Shown: positions 18,228 through 27,390 of the stretch, piece after piece
Layout: each line of letters begins with the position of its first letter
Numbering within the stretch: the stretch's first letter is position 1
From: a virus
Reading direction: 5' to 3' (one strand)
IMG/VR virus record: IMGVR_UViG_3300025593_000028
Location: 31,289-95,288 of that record
Length of the DNA stretch: 64,000 bases
Program-made: the position numbers and the translations under genes
Notes under the pieces: model-generated
What the model was told of the DNA's origin: nothing
The model's database searches: none
Seen by the model: the letters and a program-made list of their open reading frames with translations, nothing else

Positions 18228-19721
18228 GTGGCAGAGGAGAGTAGATCCGGCAAGGTCCTCAAGGTCCTCACCGTCGATGGAGACGGTGAATCCGTCAGCA
18301 AGTGGTCGGCGCAGCTTCCGGTCGACCCCTTCAACGGCGGGTACCAGTACTCGGGGCTGAAAGAGCCGCCGTACTCGCTCGAGCAGCTCGTCTACCTAGC
18401 AGAACAGCACCCGACGCACGGCGCGGCGCTCGAGCAGAAGTCCTCTGACGTGATCGGCACCGGCTGGCAGTGGGAGTCGCTGGCAGAGGGGTCGGAAGAG
18501 TCGGACGAGGAGCAGCGCAAGTCGCTCGACTCGTGGATCACCGGTCTCGCAGAAGACGGGGAAACCGACGACACGTCGCACGAGATCCTCCTCGCAGCGT
18601 GGGAAGACAAAGAAACTGTCGGGCAGGGCTTCATCGAGCTCGCCCGAGACCCGAACGGGAAGCTGAGGCACTGGTTCAGCACCCCCGGCCACACGTTCAG
18701 GTTCCACCGAGACGGGGTCCGCATCGCCCAGAAGCGCGGCGGCAAGCGGCGGTGGTTCAAGCGCTGGATCCCGGGCGACAAGCGCGGCGTCAACCTCAAG
18801 ACGGGCAAGCTCGTTGACGACGCGAAGTCGATCCCGTTCAAGGAACGGGCTACCGAGCTGTTCGTGCTCCGTAGCCCGGGCAGGCGGTCGACGTGGTACG
18901 GGATCCCCAATTACATCTCGTCTGTCGGGTGGATCACCCTGTCGGTCGCGGCGCGCGACGACAACCTGCTGTTCTTCGAGAATCGGCGCGAGCCCCGCTG
19001 GGCGATCATCATGGAAAACGTGGAAGACGACCCGGAGGTCGAGGAGGCCATCCAGAGGGCCCTGTCCACGGATCTGAAGCAGCCCCACAGGAACCTCGTC
19101 ATCCCGCTGTCCGGCGGGGCGAAAATCAACTTCCAGCAGCTCGGCGACAACAAGGGCGACATGTCCTGGGAGAAGCTCCAGGAACGCGCAGACAAGACGA
19201 TCCTGACGGCGCACAGACTGCCCGGCGAGCGGATCGGCTTCGTGCGCACCGGGGCCCTGGGCGGGTCCACCGTCGAGGAGAGTGGGATCGCGTACAAAGA
19301 AGCCGTGATCGGCAACAGCCAGGCGATGCTCTCGTCGCGGATCAACAAGCTGATCGAGATCGAGTCGGGCATCGACCACCTCAAGTGGAGCTGGCACCCG
19401 ACCGAAATGGACCTGTCGACGCGCGACGAAGACCGCAGGTCCGCTACGCAGGGCTTCACCGGCGGCGTGCTGAAACTGAACGAGGCCCGAGAGGCCTTCG
19501 GCGAGGAGCCACTCGACGACGAAGACGAACGCGGCGAGCAGTTCGTCTGGGAGCTGGACCCGAAGGTGGCCGCAGCAGCGATGTCCGGGGGCGGCCGCGA
19601 AGAGCTCGGCCAGGGAGAAGGAGAAGGCCATCGAGCCGGTCCGGGGGAAGAGGCCATGGCAGCGGCGCACGGCGAACTCGCCGAAGAGGTACGCCGGCTA
19701 GTGGAGGAGCCCAAGCAGTGA
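18228..19721 (+). CDS. Portal protein (PBSX-like)
   Basis: EPPYSLEQL, GQGFIELARD, WYGIPNY, FFEN..PRW, ILTAHRLP, NEARE motifs; 497 aa. Confidence 0.85.
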   Translation: MAEESRSGKVLKVLTVDGDGESVSKWSAQLPVDPFNGGYQYSGLKEPPYSLEQLVYLAEQHPTHGAALEQKSSDVIGTGWQWESLAEGSEESDEEQRKSLDSWITGLAEDGETDDTSHEILLAAWEDKETVGQGFIELARDPNGKLRHWFSTPGHTFRFHRDGVRIAQKRGGKRRWFKRWIPGDKRGVNLKTGKLVDDAKSIPFKERATELFVLRSPGRRSTWYGIPNYISSVGWITLSVAARDDNLLFFENRREPRWAIIMENVEDDPEVEEAIQRALSTDLKQPHRNLVIPLSGGAKINFQQLGDNKGDMSWEKLQERADKTILTAHRLPGERIGFVRTGALGGSTVEESGIAYKEAVIGNSQAMLSSRINKLIEIESGIDHLKWSWHPTEMDLSTRDEDRRSATQGFTGGVLKLNEAREAFGEEPLDDEDERGEQFVWELDPKVAAAAMSGGGREELGQGEGEGHRAGPGEEAMAAAHGELAEEVRRLVEEPKQ

Positions 19722-19728
19722 TCTGCGC

Positions 19729-20592
19729 GTGACGAGCCGCTACGTAGACGACGCGGCCGTGGGCCAGTTCATCGACTCGCAGCGCGCGATGGTGCTGCAG
19801 CGCTACGGGCACGCCGTGGATCGTTCACAGAGGGCGCTGGATCGCTGGGATGCTCGGTGGGCCGAGTCCCTCACGGGCGACGTGCCGACGGCCTCAGACG
19901 GGGACCTTGAACGTCTCTTGGCCCTAGCACGCGCCGACTCGCGCGCGCTCAGCAAGGCGTTCTTCGGGCCCAGGCTGCGCGCCGGCGTCGAGAAGCTGCT
20001 CTCTCCGATGAGGGGCAGGGTGCGGCGGACCCAAGACTGGTACTCTCGGCGCGTCTCAGAAGACGCCGGGCAGCATGCCCTCGACGTCCTAGGGATCAAC
20101 CGACCCTGGTCGTGGGGGGAAGAATCGGCGATAGAAAGGCTGGAGTCTGCGCGCGGGTCGAAGGCGATAGAAGACCTGTACGGAGACCACGTGGACAGGC
20201 TCACGAAGATCATCGAGCGCGAGTCTCGGGACCGCAGTGCGAAGTCAGACAGAGAACTCGCCGACCGCATCCAAGAAGAGTGGAGCGGGATCGTGCGCTG
20301 GAAGGCGGAGCAGATCGCGCGCACAGAGTCGGCCCACATGTGGGAGGCCACGAACTTCGTCGCCTACGTCGCTAACGGGGTGACCGAGTTCGACTGGCTC
20401 GTGGCGACCGGCCCAGGAGTCGAGCCGGGCAGCGTGTGCACTAGGTGCCTGTCGATCGCTACGTTGAACCCCTACACTGCAGAGAAGGCGCCGCTACCTC
20501 CACGGCACCCTCTGTGCAGATGCACCCTCGTGCCGGCGCTCGGGCAGCAGTGGCGCGCCCCGTCAGAACCGTGGACCGGGGGGTCTAAGTGA
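19729..20592 (+). CDS. MuF/SPP1 gp7-like minor head protein
   Basis: AEQIARTE...VCTRC...PPRHPLCRC. Confidence 0.85.
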   Translation: MTSRYVDDAAVGQFIDSQRAMVLQRYGHAVDRSQRALDRWDARWAESLTGDVPTASDGDLERLLALARADSRALSKAFFGPRLRAGVEKLLSPMRGRVRRTQDWYSRRVSEDAGQHALDVLGINRPWSWGEESAIERLESARGSKAIEDLYGDHVDRLTKIIERESRDRSAKSDRELADRIQEEWSGIVRWKAEQIARTESAHMWEATNFVAYVANGVTEFDWLVATGPGVEPGSVCTRCLSIATLNPYTAEKAPLPPRHPLCRCTLVPALGQQWRAPSEPWTGGSK

Positions 20593-20822
20593 GGCCCTCC
20601 AGCGAGGTGGAGCTCGAGATCGACGCGGTGTCTGACGAGCGCAGAGACGCGCAACGCGCCGGCGAGATGGGCCGCATGGGAGAGCTCGACGGCTGGCTGT
20701 CGGACCTCTACGAGGAGCTACGAACGGCCAGGGCGCGCGAGCGGTACGGCACGCGAGAAGAGATCGCGCAGCGCGCTAGAGTGGAGCGGGAGCTCGAGAA
20801 GCTCAGCCGCCCAGAGGCCTAA
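20589..20822 (+). CDS. Hypothetical helical protein (last plus-strand gene)
   Basis: GTGA overlap; converges with the minus-strand block. Confidence 0.55.
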   Translation: MRPSSEVELEIDAVSDERRDAQRAGEMGRMGELDGWLSDLYEELRTARARERYGTREEIAQRARVERELEKLSRPEA

Positions 20823-21037
20823 GCCAGGCTGCGCTCCTCGGCGAAGGCCGCCAACCTCATCCTGTAGGTGTCTACGTCTGCCCGCCTGAGCGGGATGTCC
20901 TCGTCCTCTCCCACGAGGTCGACGGTCACCAAGCTACAGACTCGGGTCTGCGGGGCCGGGACGCCGGGGAGTCGAGTGGACGGGCCGAGCTTCTTGTGGA
21001 CCTCCTTGGGCCAGCCGCACTGCGGACAGATCCTCAC
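20819..21037 (-). CDS. Small Cys/His protein
   Basis: CPQCG...H...C; SD upstream. Confidence 0.55.
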   Translation of the reverse strand: MRICPQCGWPKEVHKKLGPSTRLPGVPAPQTRVCSLVTVDLVGEDEDIPLRRADVDTYRMRLAAFAEERSLA

Positions 21038-21053
21038 GGTCCTTCCCTTTCTC

Positions 21054-22337
21054 CTACCATCCCTCGTCCTCCCGCTTTGAGACGTACAGCGGGCACTGCA
21101 TGCTGATGCCGTGCTGCGGCGTGACGACGCAGAGCGCCTGCTGCGGCGGCTCGGGCTCGAACCCCTTGCCCCGCGCGTACTCGTCGTAGCCCTTGCCGGC
21201 GCCGTTGCAGATGAAGCCCTTCGCTACGAGCGACATGTACTGGTGCCAGTGGCCAACGAGCAGGACGTCGAACGGCCTGCCCTCCGAGCTGGCCTGGGTC
21301 CTGCGGCGGTGCGTCAGGAGCGCCAGCGGCAGCATCGCCCCCTGGATCCCGCTACCCCCGCGGGCCTCGTCGCCGTGCTCGGCGCGGAACCGCGTCTCGT
21401 AGATCGAGAAGTCAGACGAGATCCCGTCCGGGATGTCGAAGGTGACCCTGTCGTCTCCAGCGAAGTTCGCGGCCACCAGCTTCATGATCAGCGTGTCGGC
21501 GTTGTGCGCCGAGCGCTTCTTATACCGGGGCTGCTTGCTGTCGCGTGGGTGGTTGCCCGGCACGCACGGGACGTGCACGCGGCCGAACTCGTCGGCCAAC
21601 ATGCCGATCCCCTCCGTGATGAGGGGTACTGCGAACGGCACGGCCTCGTAGTTCGACAGCTCGTTGGTCTGCCTGAACTCGTCGTGGATCTCCCCCGAGA
21701 TCGTGTCGCCCAGAGACGCCATCACTACCCCGTCGTAGTCGACCCCCGCGAGGTACTGGCGGGCGACCAAGATCTGGCGCTCGAAGAACCGCTTGAGCCG
21801 CTGTTCTGCGATCGCCGGATCGTAAGCGTTGTAGCCAGCGAGCTCTCCCGGGCTCACGACCTCCCCTACGTGGAAGTCCGAGAACAGCGATAGGAGAGTG
21901 CCCCGGTGCGAGCCCTCGTCCTCCGGGCGAGGCGCGAGCCACTCGGGGCTCGGGATGCTCTCTACGTCTAGCGCCAGGGTCAGCTCACGCTGGGTCTTCT
22001 CGAGCTCCCCCTCGAGCTCGTCGGTACGCTGGCGCGCGACCCGCGCTTCGGTCGTCGCTGCTGACGCGCGTGACTGCAGGGACAGGACCTTGCTCGCGAG
22101 CTCCTTCTCGACCGGCGTGGGCTCGGCCCCGTCGTCGGCGACCTCGACCGAGGCCGCTCGGTCTACTGTGGTCTCGCGCTTGAAGTTCGGGCGGCCGCGC
22201 CGTTCCTTCCACCAGCGCTGCGACACGGCCGAATCGCTGCACCCCGCTTGGCGCGCCGCGTCGGCGAATGACTCCGCCTCACCGGACGCGATGATCTCGA
22301 CGGCGTCGTCGACCTTGCTGCTCGAGGGTGCGCTCAC
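21054..22337 (-). CDS. HTH + coiled coil + calcineurin-like metallophosphoesterase
   Basis: SDFH, LGD, GNH, HGD, GHWH motifs; N-terminal SFADAARQAGCSDSAV helix-turn-helix. Confidence 0.85.
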   Translation of the reverse strand: MSAPSSSKVDDAVEIIASGEAESFADAARQAGCSDSAVSQRWWKERRGRPNFKRETTVDRAASVEVADDGAEPTPVEKELASKVLSLQSRASAATTEARVARQRTDELEGELEKTQRELTLALDVESIPSPEWLAPRPEDEGSHRGTLLSLFSDFHVGEVVSPGELAGYNAYDPAIAEQRLKRFFERQILVARQYLAGVDYDGVVMASLGDTISGEIHDEFRQTNELSNYEAVPFAVPLITEGIGMLADEFGRVHVPCVPGNHPRDSKQPRYKKRSAHNADTLIMKLVAANFAGDDRVTFDIPDGISSDFSIYETRFRAEHGDEARGGSGIQGAMLPLALLTHRRRTQASSEGRPFDVLLVGHWHQYMSLVAKGFICNGAGKGYDEYARGKGFEPEPPQQALCVVTPQHGISMQCPLYVSKREDEGW

Positions 22338-22347
22338 TATCTAGACA

Positions 22348-22758
22348 CTACTCCTTTGTCGAATTGCAATGCGGAAGATGCTGTGCTACATTAGCAAATA
22401 GAAAACCACACGATGGGCAAAAATCAAGAGCAGATGGCCCCTGCCCCCAGCGGCCCATCGGCACTGGATCTTTGAAATACTGCTCTTTTCTACGGCTGGA
22501 CAGCCACGGGCTCAACAGCTCGAACACGGCACCTACCGCTACAGCTGACCTAGCTCGCCAGCGCCAAGACCAGTCATAGTTGTTGCGGTCAGACGGTGTC
22601 TTTGACCTGATGACATGTCCCACTCCCACTACATGATGAAATCTACGTACTGGCTCCTCATCGCACATGAGTAGAGCCGCAGATGAGCTGGTCCAATGCC
22701 CCTCTCCCTCAAAGAGCCCGGCTGCCCAGGCGGCCTCGGCGTCGCTTACTCCTGCCAC
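22348..22758 (-). CDS. Free-standing LAGLIDADG-type homing endonuclease (single motif)
   Basis: AAWAAGLFEGEG motif; lower GC than neighbours. Confidence 0.7.
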   Translation of the reverse strand: MAGVSDAEAAWAAGLFEGEGHWTSSSAALLMCDEEPVRRFHHVVGVGHVIRSKTPSDRNNYDWSWRWRARSAVAVGAVFELLSPWLSSRRKEQYFKDPVPMGRWGQGPSALDFCPSCGFLFANVAQHLPHCNSTKE

Positions 22759-24020
22759 GGCTCCGGCCTATGCACCCATCCTGAGATCTCTTGCGGCCAG
22801 CGCCGGTAGTCAAGTGAGCAGTTGAACTCGTACTCGCGATCTCCTATCTTCTTGCAGGGCGCACCTGGTTTCCCGTCAAGCGCACGTCCGACCCACCCTG
22901 AGATCCAGCGACCGTTCTCCACTGGAGCGCACTTGCCCACGTACTTCGACGCGTTCCCGACCGAGATGCCCTCCGGCCAGCGCCAAGCGTCCGGCAGGCC
23001 CATGAGCCTCGACAGCTCGCGGATCGTGAGGAATCGCGTCTCGCTCCAGTGCACGAACTTCGACGCGCCGGACCCTGCTACCACGTAGCCCGGCCGGTCG
23101 GGACGGATCCTAGTGGGCCACTGCCAGCCTCGCGGGTCGCGCCAGTTAGACTCGTCGTAGGCGAACCGCTGCAGCAGCGTCGGGGGCGGCGAGTCCTGCT
23201 TGAGGATCGCCTCCTTCATGTTCTCGCCCGGGAGCCAGTCCTGCTCGATCTCGCGCAGCAGCGCCCCGAGCCGCGCCGTGTCTTCGTCGATCGTCACGTG
23301 CGCGTCGACCCGGCCGTCCTCACGGCGCTTCCTCGCGGCCCACTCGCTCGGTTTCCGGCGGATCGCCTGCTCGCCCCACTTGATCGAGAGCTTCTGCAGG
23401 TCACCGATGGCTTCCTCGTACGTCACGACCTTGCGAGGCTCGGGCGCGTCGATCCCGAACGGCACCCGGTGAGCGACCCAGAAGTAACGGTGCCGGAGCT
23501 GCGCCGCCCCGACCGTCGCCCCCGACATCATCACGTGCGTCAAGTCGTAGCTCTGGCCCGACGATCGCTCTAGCTCAGAACGCAACCGAAGCATCAGGTC
23601 TCGCCCGGTCGTGTAGGCCTGCTGCACGGACTCGAAGGCCACGATCTCTGCTCCCGGGGCGCCGTCCTCGCCCGTGCAGCGACCGCCGAACTTGGCTAGG
23701 TCTCTCATGCACGAGTTGATGGGCGAGTCCGGGCCCCTGGAGTTCTCTCCCTTGGAGACGTTCATCAGCGAGAAGCCGCTGCACGGCGGGGTGCCGTGCA
23801 CGTAGCCTACGCCATCGTAGGGCTCCCACTCGCGCTCTGGGGCCTCCTGCACCTCTACTCCCTCGGTGCCCAGCAGCTCAGCGTTCTCGTAGAACGCGTC
23901 ATCACCGAAGCCGCCCGGTAGGGTCGCGCGGCCGACCACGTCAAACTTCTCCGTCTCCACGGTCCCCAGCGTCCAGTGGCCCGCGAGGCCCTGGCAGTCT
24001 ACGGCGCGGTGCTTGCTCAC
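22746..24020 (-). CDS. Divergent DNA cytosine-5 methyltransferase homologue
   Basis: GTPPCSGFS (motif IV), FESV (VI variant), QLRHRYF (VIII), RFLTIRELSRLMGLPD (IX); atypical motif I (DCQGLAG) and X (GKC). Confidence 0.8.
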   Translation of the reverse strand: MSKHRAVDCQGLAGHWTLGTVETEKFDVVGRATLPGGFGDDAFYENAELLGTEGVEVQEAPEREWEPYDGVGYVHGTPPCSGFSLMNVSKGENSRGPDSPINSCMRDLAKFGGRCTGEDGAPGAEIVAFESVQQAYTTGRDLMLRLRSELERSSGQSYDLTHVMMSGATVGAAQLRHRYFWVAHRVPFGIDAPEPRKVVTYEEAIGDLQKLSIKWGEQAIRRKPSEWAARKRREDGRVDAHVTIDEDTARLGALLREIEQDWLPGENMKEAILKQDSPPPTLLQRFAYDESNWRDPRGWQWPTRIRPDRPGYVVAGSGASKFVHWSETRFLTIRELSRLMGLPDAWRWPEGISVGNASKYVGKCAPVENGRWISGWVGRALDGKPGAPCKKIGDREYEFNCSLDYRRWPQEISGWVHRPEPWQE

Positions 24021-24172
24021 TCTACGTACGCTCCTCTGTCGGCTGCTGCAAACATCAGTTCCTCTGCCATCGCTTCTGCTAGGTCTTCACCTTCGGCCAG
24101 CGACATGCCCTCGCCGTCACAGTACATCACGAATGCGACCACCAGATCGTTCAGCGTAGGTCCGACGTTCAT
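24017..24172 (-). CDS. Small hypothetical protein
   Basis: ATGA overlap with the upstream gene; 51 aa. Confidence 0.45.
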   Translation of the reverse strand: MNVGPTLNDLVVAFVMYCDGEGMSLAEGEDLAEAMAEELMFAAADRGAYVE

Positions 24173-24528
24173 CCCTCGTAGAAGCTCCTCCGCCTCGCGG
24201 CGGTCTTGTCTTGCGCTGCTCTGCACAGCTTTGCGAAGTCCTCGTCTCCGTAGCCGCAGTTGAGTACCAGATTCCACAAGAAGAGCTGGACGTCAGCGAG
24301 CTCCTCCGCGACCATCTGACCCTCCGTGGTGCCTATCAGCGGCCCGCCGGTCTCCGCGTCGGCCCAGGGCTTCCAGCCGGGGACCTCACGAAGGGCCTCG
24401 TGCAGCTCGTCGGTAGCAGCCAGGACGTTGTCCCTGAACGAGCGGGCCAGGTCCTCCCCGGCCCGCTCGTACGGATCCTCCCCGAAGCTCTCGCGCTGGA
24501 GAGCTCGCTGTCTACCGATCAAGCCCAC
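24169..24528 (-). CDS. All-alpha dNTP pyrophosphohydrolase (MazG/dimeric dUTPase/T4 gp56 dCTPase-like)
   Basis: DELHEAL...WKPW...EELADVQLF. Confidence 0.8.
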   Translation of the reverse strand: MGLIGRQRALQRESFGEDPYERAGEDLARSFRDNVLAATDELHEALREVPGWKPWADAETGGPLIGTTEGQMVAEELADVQLFLWNLVLNCGYGDEDFAKLCRAAQDKTAARRRSFYEG

Positions 24529-24537
24529 GGTACCGAC

Positions 24538-25308
<771 letters not shown>

Positions 25309-25314
25309 CTGTTG

Positions 25315-26094
25315 CTACCCTCCTTGTGTCGCGGCCTCCGCCGCAGTGTGTGACGTATCTGATGCTACGGGTTGCGCCTCTCCCACCTCGGAATGCCTGA
25401 GCTGCCCGAAGAGCTGCCCGATGTTCGGCGCCTGCACGACTGGGCCGGGGATTTCGTTGGTCCCGTCCTTGGCTACGGCCATGGGCAGCGACGCGACCAG
25501 CATGTTGCGCTGGACGCCCTGCTCGGGCGTGTAGCTGGTGTACAGATACCCGACCGTGTCCACCGCGTACGGCAACGAGCGTGCCATCGCGCCCTGGAGC
25601 ATCGGCCTCCACTTCCCAGATTTGTCTTCTCGCGACCCGGTCGTGAACACGACGCAGCGCGTCGGATTCTCGGGCTTGATCACGAGGTCTCGGTAGTCGC
25701 GCACCAGCTTCTCGAGGTTGCGGAGCACCACGCCCCAGTCCTGCTGGTCCAGTGGATTGAGCCCGACCAGCTCGTCTATGAAGCGTTTCTGCACCTCCAT
25801 CAGCGAGTCTACCACGACCGAGAGGAACTGGTGTTGGCCGCTCTGCAGCCACCGGAACACGAGCTCCATCGTCTTGTAGTCGGGCACGATCGCGACGCAG
25901 GTCTCCCACGTGCCGTCGTACTGCGGCGGCGCGCCCTTCCTCGGGTCCCACAGGACCTTCGGCTGGCTCGGTAGGTACTTGGCGCGACCCTCAGCGTCTA
26001 GGATGAGCCTAGGCGCGGGAGACGAGTCACCGAGCCAGCTCTTTCCGGCTCCGGCTTCGCCGTGTACCAGCAGCGTCAAAGTCTGATCGTTCAA
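25315..26094 (-). CDS. AAA_24/Sak4-like ATPase (ssDNA-annealing recombinase)
   Basis: HGEAGAGKS Walker A, LDAEG, VVVDSL Walker B, QQDWG. Confidence 0.8.
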   Translation of the reverse strand: MNDQTLTLLVHGEAGAGKSWLGDSSPAPRLILDAEGRAKYLPSQPKVLWDPRKGAPPQYDGTWETCVAIVPDYKTMELVFRWLQSGQHQFLSVVVDSLMEVQKRFIDELVGLNPLDQQDWGVVLRNLEKLVRDYRDLVIKPENPTRCVVFTTGSREDKSGKWRPMLQGAMARSLPYAVDTVGYLYTSYTPEQGVQRNMLVASLPMAVAKDGTNEIPGPVVQAPNIGQLFGQLRHSEVGEAQPVASDTSHTAAEAATQGG

Positions 26095-26159
26095 CGGCCC
26101 TCCTCCGTTCGGTCCATCAGAGGAACTGTACCAGGCATGCTCGGAGGGGGCCGGAGGAG

Positions 26160-26750
26160 TCAGAAGCCGCGCTGCCTCCTGCGGATCTTCTCTGCCAGCT
26201 TCGGTTCAGACACGTGAGTGTAGATCATAGTGGTGTCTACGCTCTTGTGGCCGAGCAGGTTCTGGATCTCGCGGATGTTGAGGTCTCCCTCGCTCATCAG
26301 CTCGGTCGCGTACGTGTGCCTGAGCATGTGCGGGTGGCACGGGCCTTCGATGCCGGCCCGCCGCCCGTAGCGCTGCATCATCTGCCAGCAGTAGTGCGGG
26401 GACACGGGGCTCCCCTTCAGCGTCACGAAGAGAATCTTGCTTCCGTCCGCGTATTTCTCTCGCTCTCGCTTCCAGCGTTCTACGAGCTCGAGCGTGCCGT
26501 CCTCGATCTGGACGTAGCGCTCCACCTTGTTCTTGGCGATGGCCGCGCGGATGTGGATGCGCCGCTCGCGCACCTGGACGTCGCGGACGTTCAGGCGGCA
26601 GAGCTCGCCCACTCGCAGCCCTGCGCGGTACATCAGCTCGAGCATCGCGCGGTTCCTGATGCCGGTCGGCCGCCGCATGTTCGGCACCGCCAGCAGAGCA
26701 CGCACGTCCTCGTCCGAGAAGATCTTCGGAAGCTCTCGTCCCTTCTTCAT
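26160..26750 (-). CDS. Short tyrosine recombinase (catalytic domain only; XerD/FimB-like)
   Basis: GLRVGE, AKNKVER, HPHMLRH, LLGH...TTMIY catalytic residues; about 196 aa. Confidence 0.9.
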   Translation of the reverse strand: MKKGRELPKIFSDEDVRALLAVPNMRRPTGIRNRAMLELMYRAGLRVGELCRLNVRDVQVRERRIHIRAAIAKNKVERYVQIEDGTLELVERWKREREKYADGSKILFVTLKGSPVSPHYCWQMMQRYGRRAGIEGPCHPHMLRHTYATELMSEGDLNIREIQNLLGHKSVDTTMIYTHVSEPKLAEKIRRRQRGF

Positions 26751-26930
26751 ATAAGCAATTTCTCCTCTAAGCCAGTCGCAGACTGAGATTCGTACGTGGG
26801 GTACCCGCATATAGATCATACCCGCAGACGAATGTTGCTGCTATAGAGGCCGCTCTCACCTGAGCAGACGAAGATTCCTCATATGCAGGCCGCAGTAGAT
26901 CCTTCGCGGCACATGATAGTGCTTATATGA
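26747..26930. repeat. Putative recombination site: 11-bp inverted repeats enclosing three GCAGAC-core direct repeats
   Basis: TCATATAAGCA (26747-26757) / TGCTTATATGA (26920-26930); GCAGACTGAGATT 26778, GCAGACGAATGTT 26824, GCAGACGAAGATT 26864. Confidence 0.6.
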
Positions 26931-26956
26931 CGCCTAGAATCCGGCGTCTAGCGGAG

Positions 26957-27031
26957 TGCCCGCCCCGGGACTCGAACCCGGAACCTCTCCCTTCTGAGGG
27001 GAGCGCCTCTGCCGGATTGGGCTAGACGGGC
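26957..27031 (-). tRNA. tRNA-Leu(CAG), short variable loop
   Basis: Cloverleaf; anticodon arm CTCCC-CTCAGAA-GGGAG; GTTCGAGTC T-loop; A73. Confidence 0.85.
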
Positions 27032-27058
27032 AAGGAGATCCTACGGATCGCGCCCCAG

Positions 27059-27139
27059 TGCGCGGGGACGGAATCGAACCGCCACAGCCAGAGACGCCTG
27101 GTTTACAGCCAGGGGGGCTCGCCCATGCCCAGCCCGCGC
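27059..27139 (-). tRNA. tRNA-Tyr(GTA)
   Basis: CCTGG-CTGTAAA-CCAGG; long variable arm; GTTCGATTC; acceptor stem extended by flanking inverted repeat. Confidence 0.8.
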
Positions 27140-27156
27140 ACTGGGGCGCGGAAAGA

Positions 27157-27390
27157 CTATATCGGCAGCTCGGGCGTGTCGCTGGTGTCCACGCCAGAGC
27201 CGCCGCATTTCTTGCAGCAGCGGTACATGGAGTAGAGCCAGTTGCCAGTGCCGCGGCATTCCTTGCAGAGCTTTCTGCCGGCAGCCCAGTTGCCCCATGC
27301 GACTTTCATGTCCGTCCACTCGCCCACAAGCGGTGGCGCACCGATCTCGCGTCGCTCGTCTTCGTCCACAGGCTTCGAGACGTCGATCAT
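27157..27390 (-). CDS. DnaJ-type zinc-finger protein
   Basis: CKECRGTG and CKKCGGSG. Confidence 0.6.
   Translation of the reverse strand: MIDVSKPVDEDERREIGAPPLVGEWTDMKVAWGNWAAGRKLCKECRGTGNWLYSMYRCCKKCGGSGVDTSDTPELPI

Noticed and set aside
22348-22758. Group I intron or intein around the LAGLIDADG ORF
   Set aside because: Both neighbouring genes appear complete, there is no room for an intron core, and no intein C...HN termini are present
26957-27031. Reading the tRNA loop as a TCA (opal suppressor/Sec) anticodon
   Set aside because: The 7-nt loop CTCAGAA centres on CAG; short-arm Leu tRNAs are known in actinobacteria; TGA is used normally as a stop throughout
26160-27139. Prophage boundary (attL/attR) at the recombinase-tRNA junction
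   Set aside because: Phage replication genes continue on both sides, no duplicated tRNA 3' end is seen, and the recombinase lacks integrase N-terminal domains
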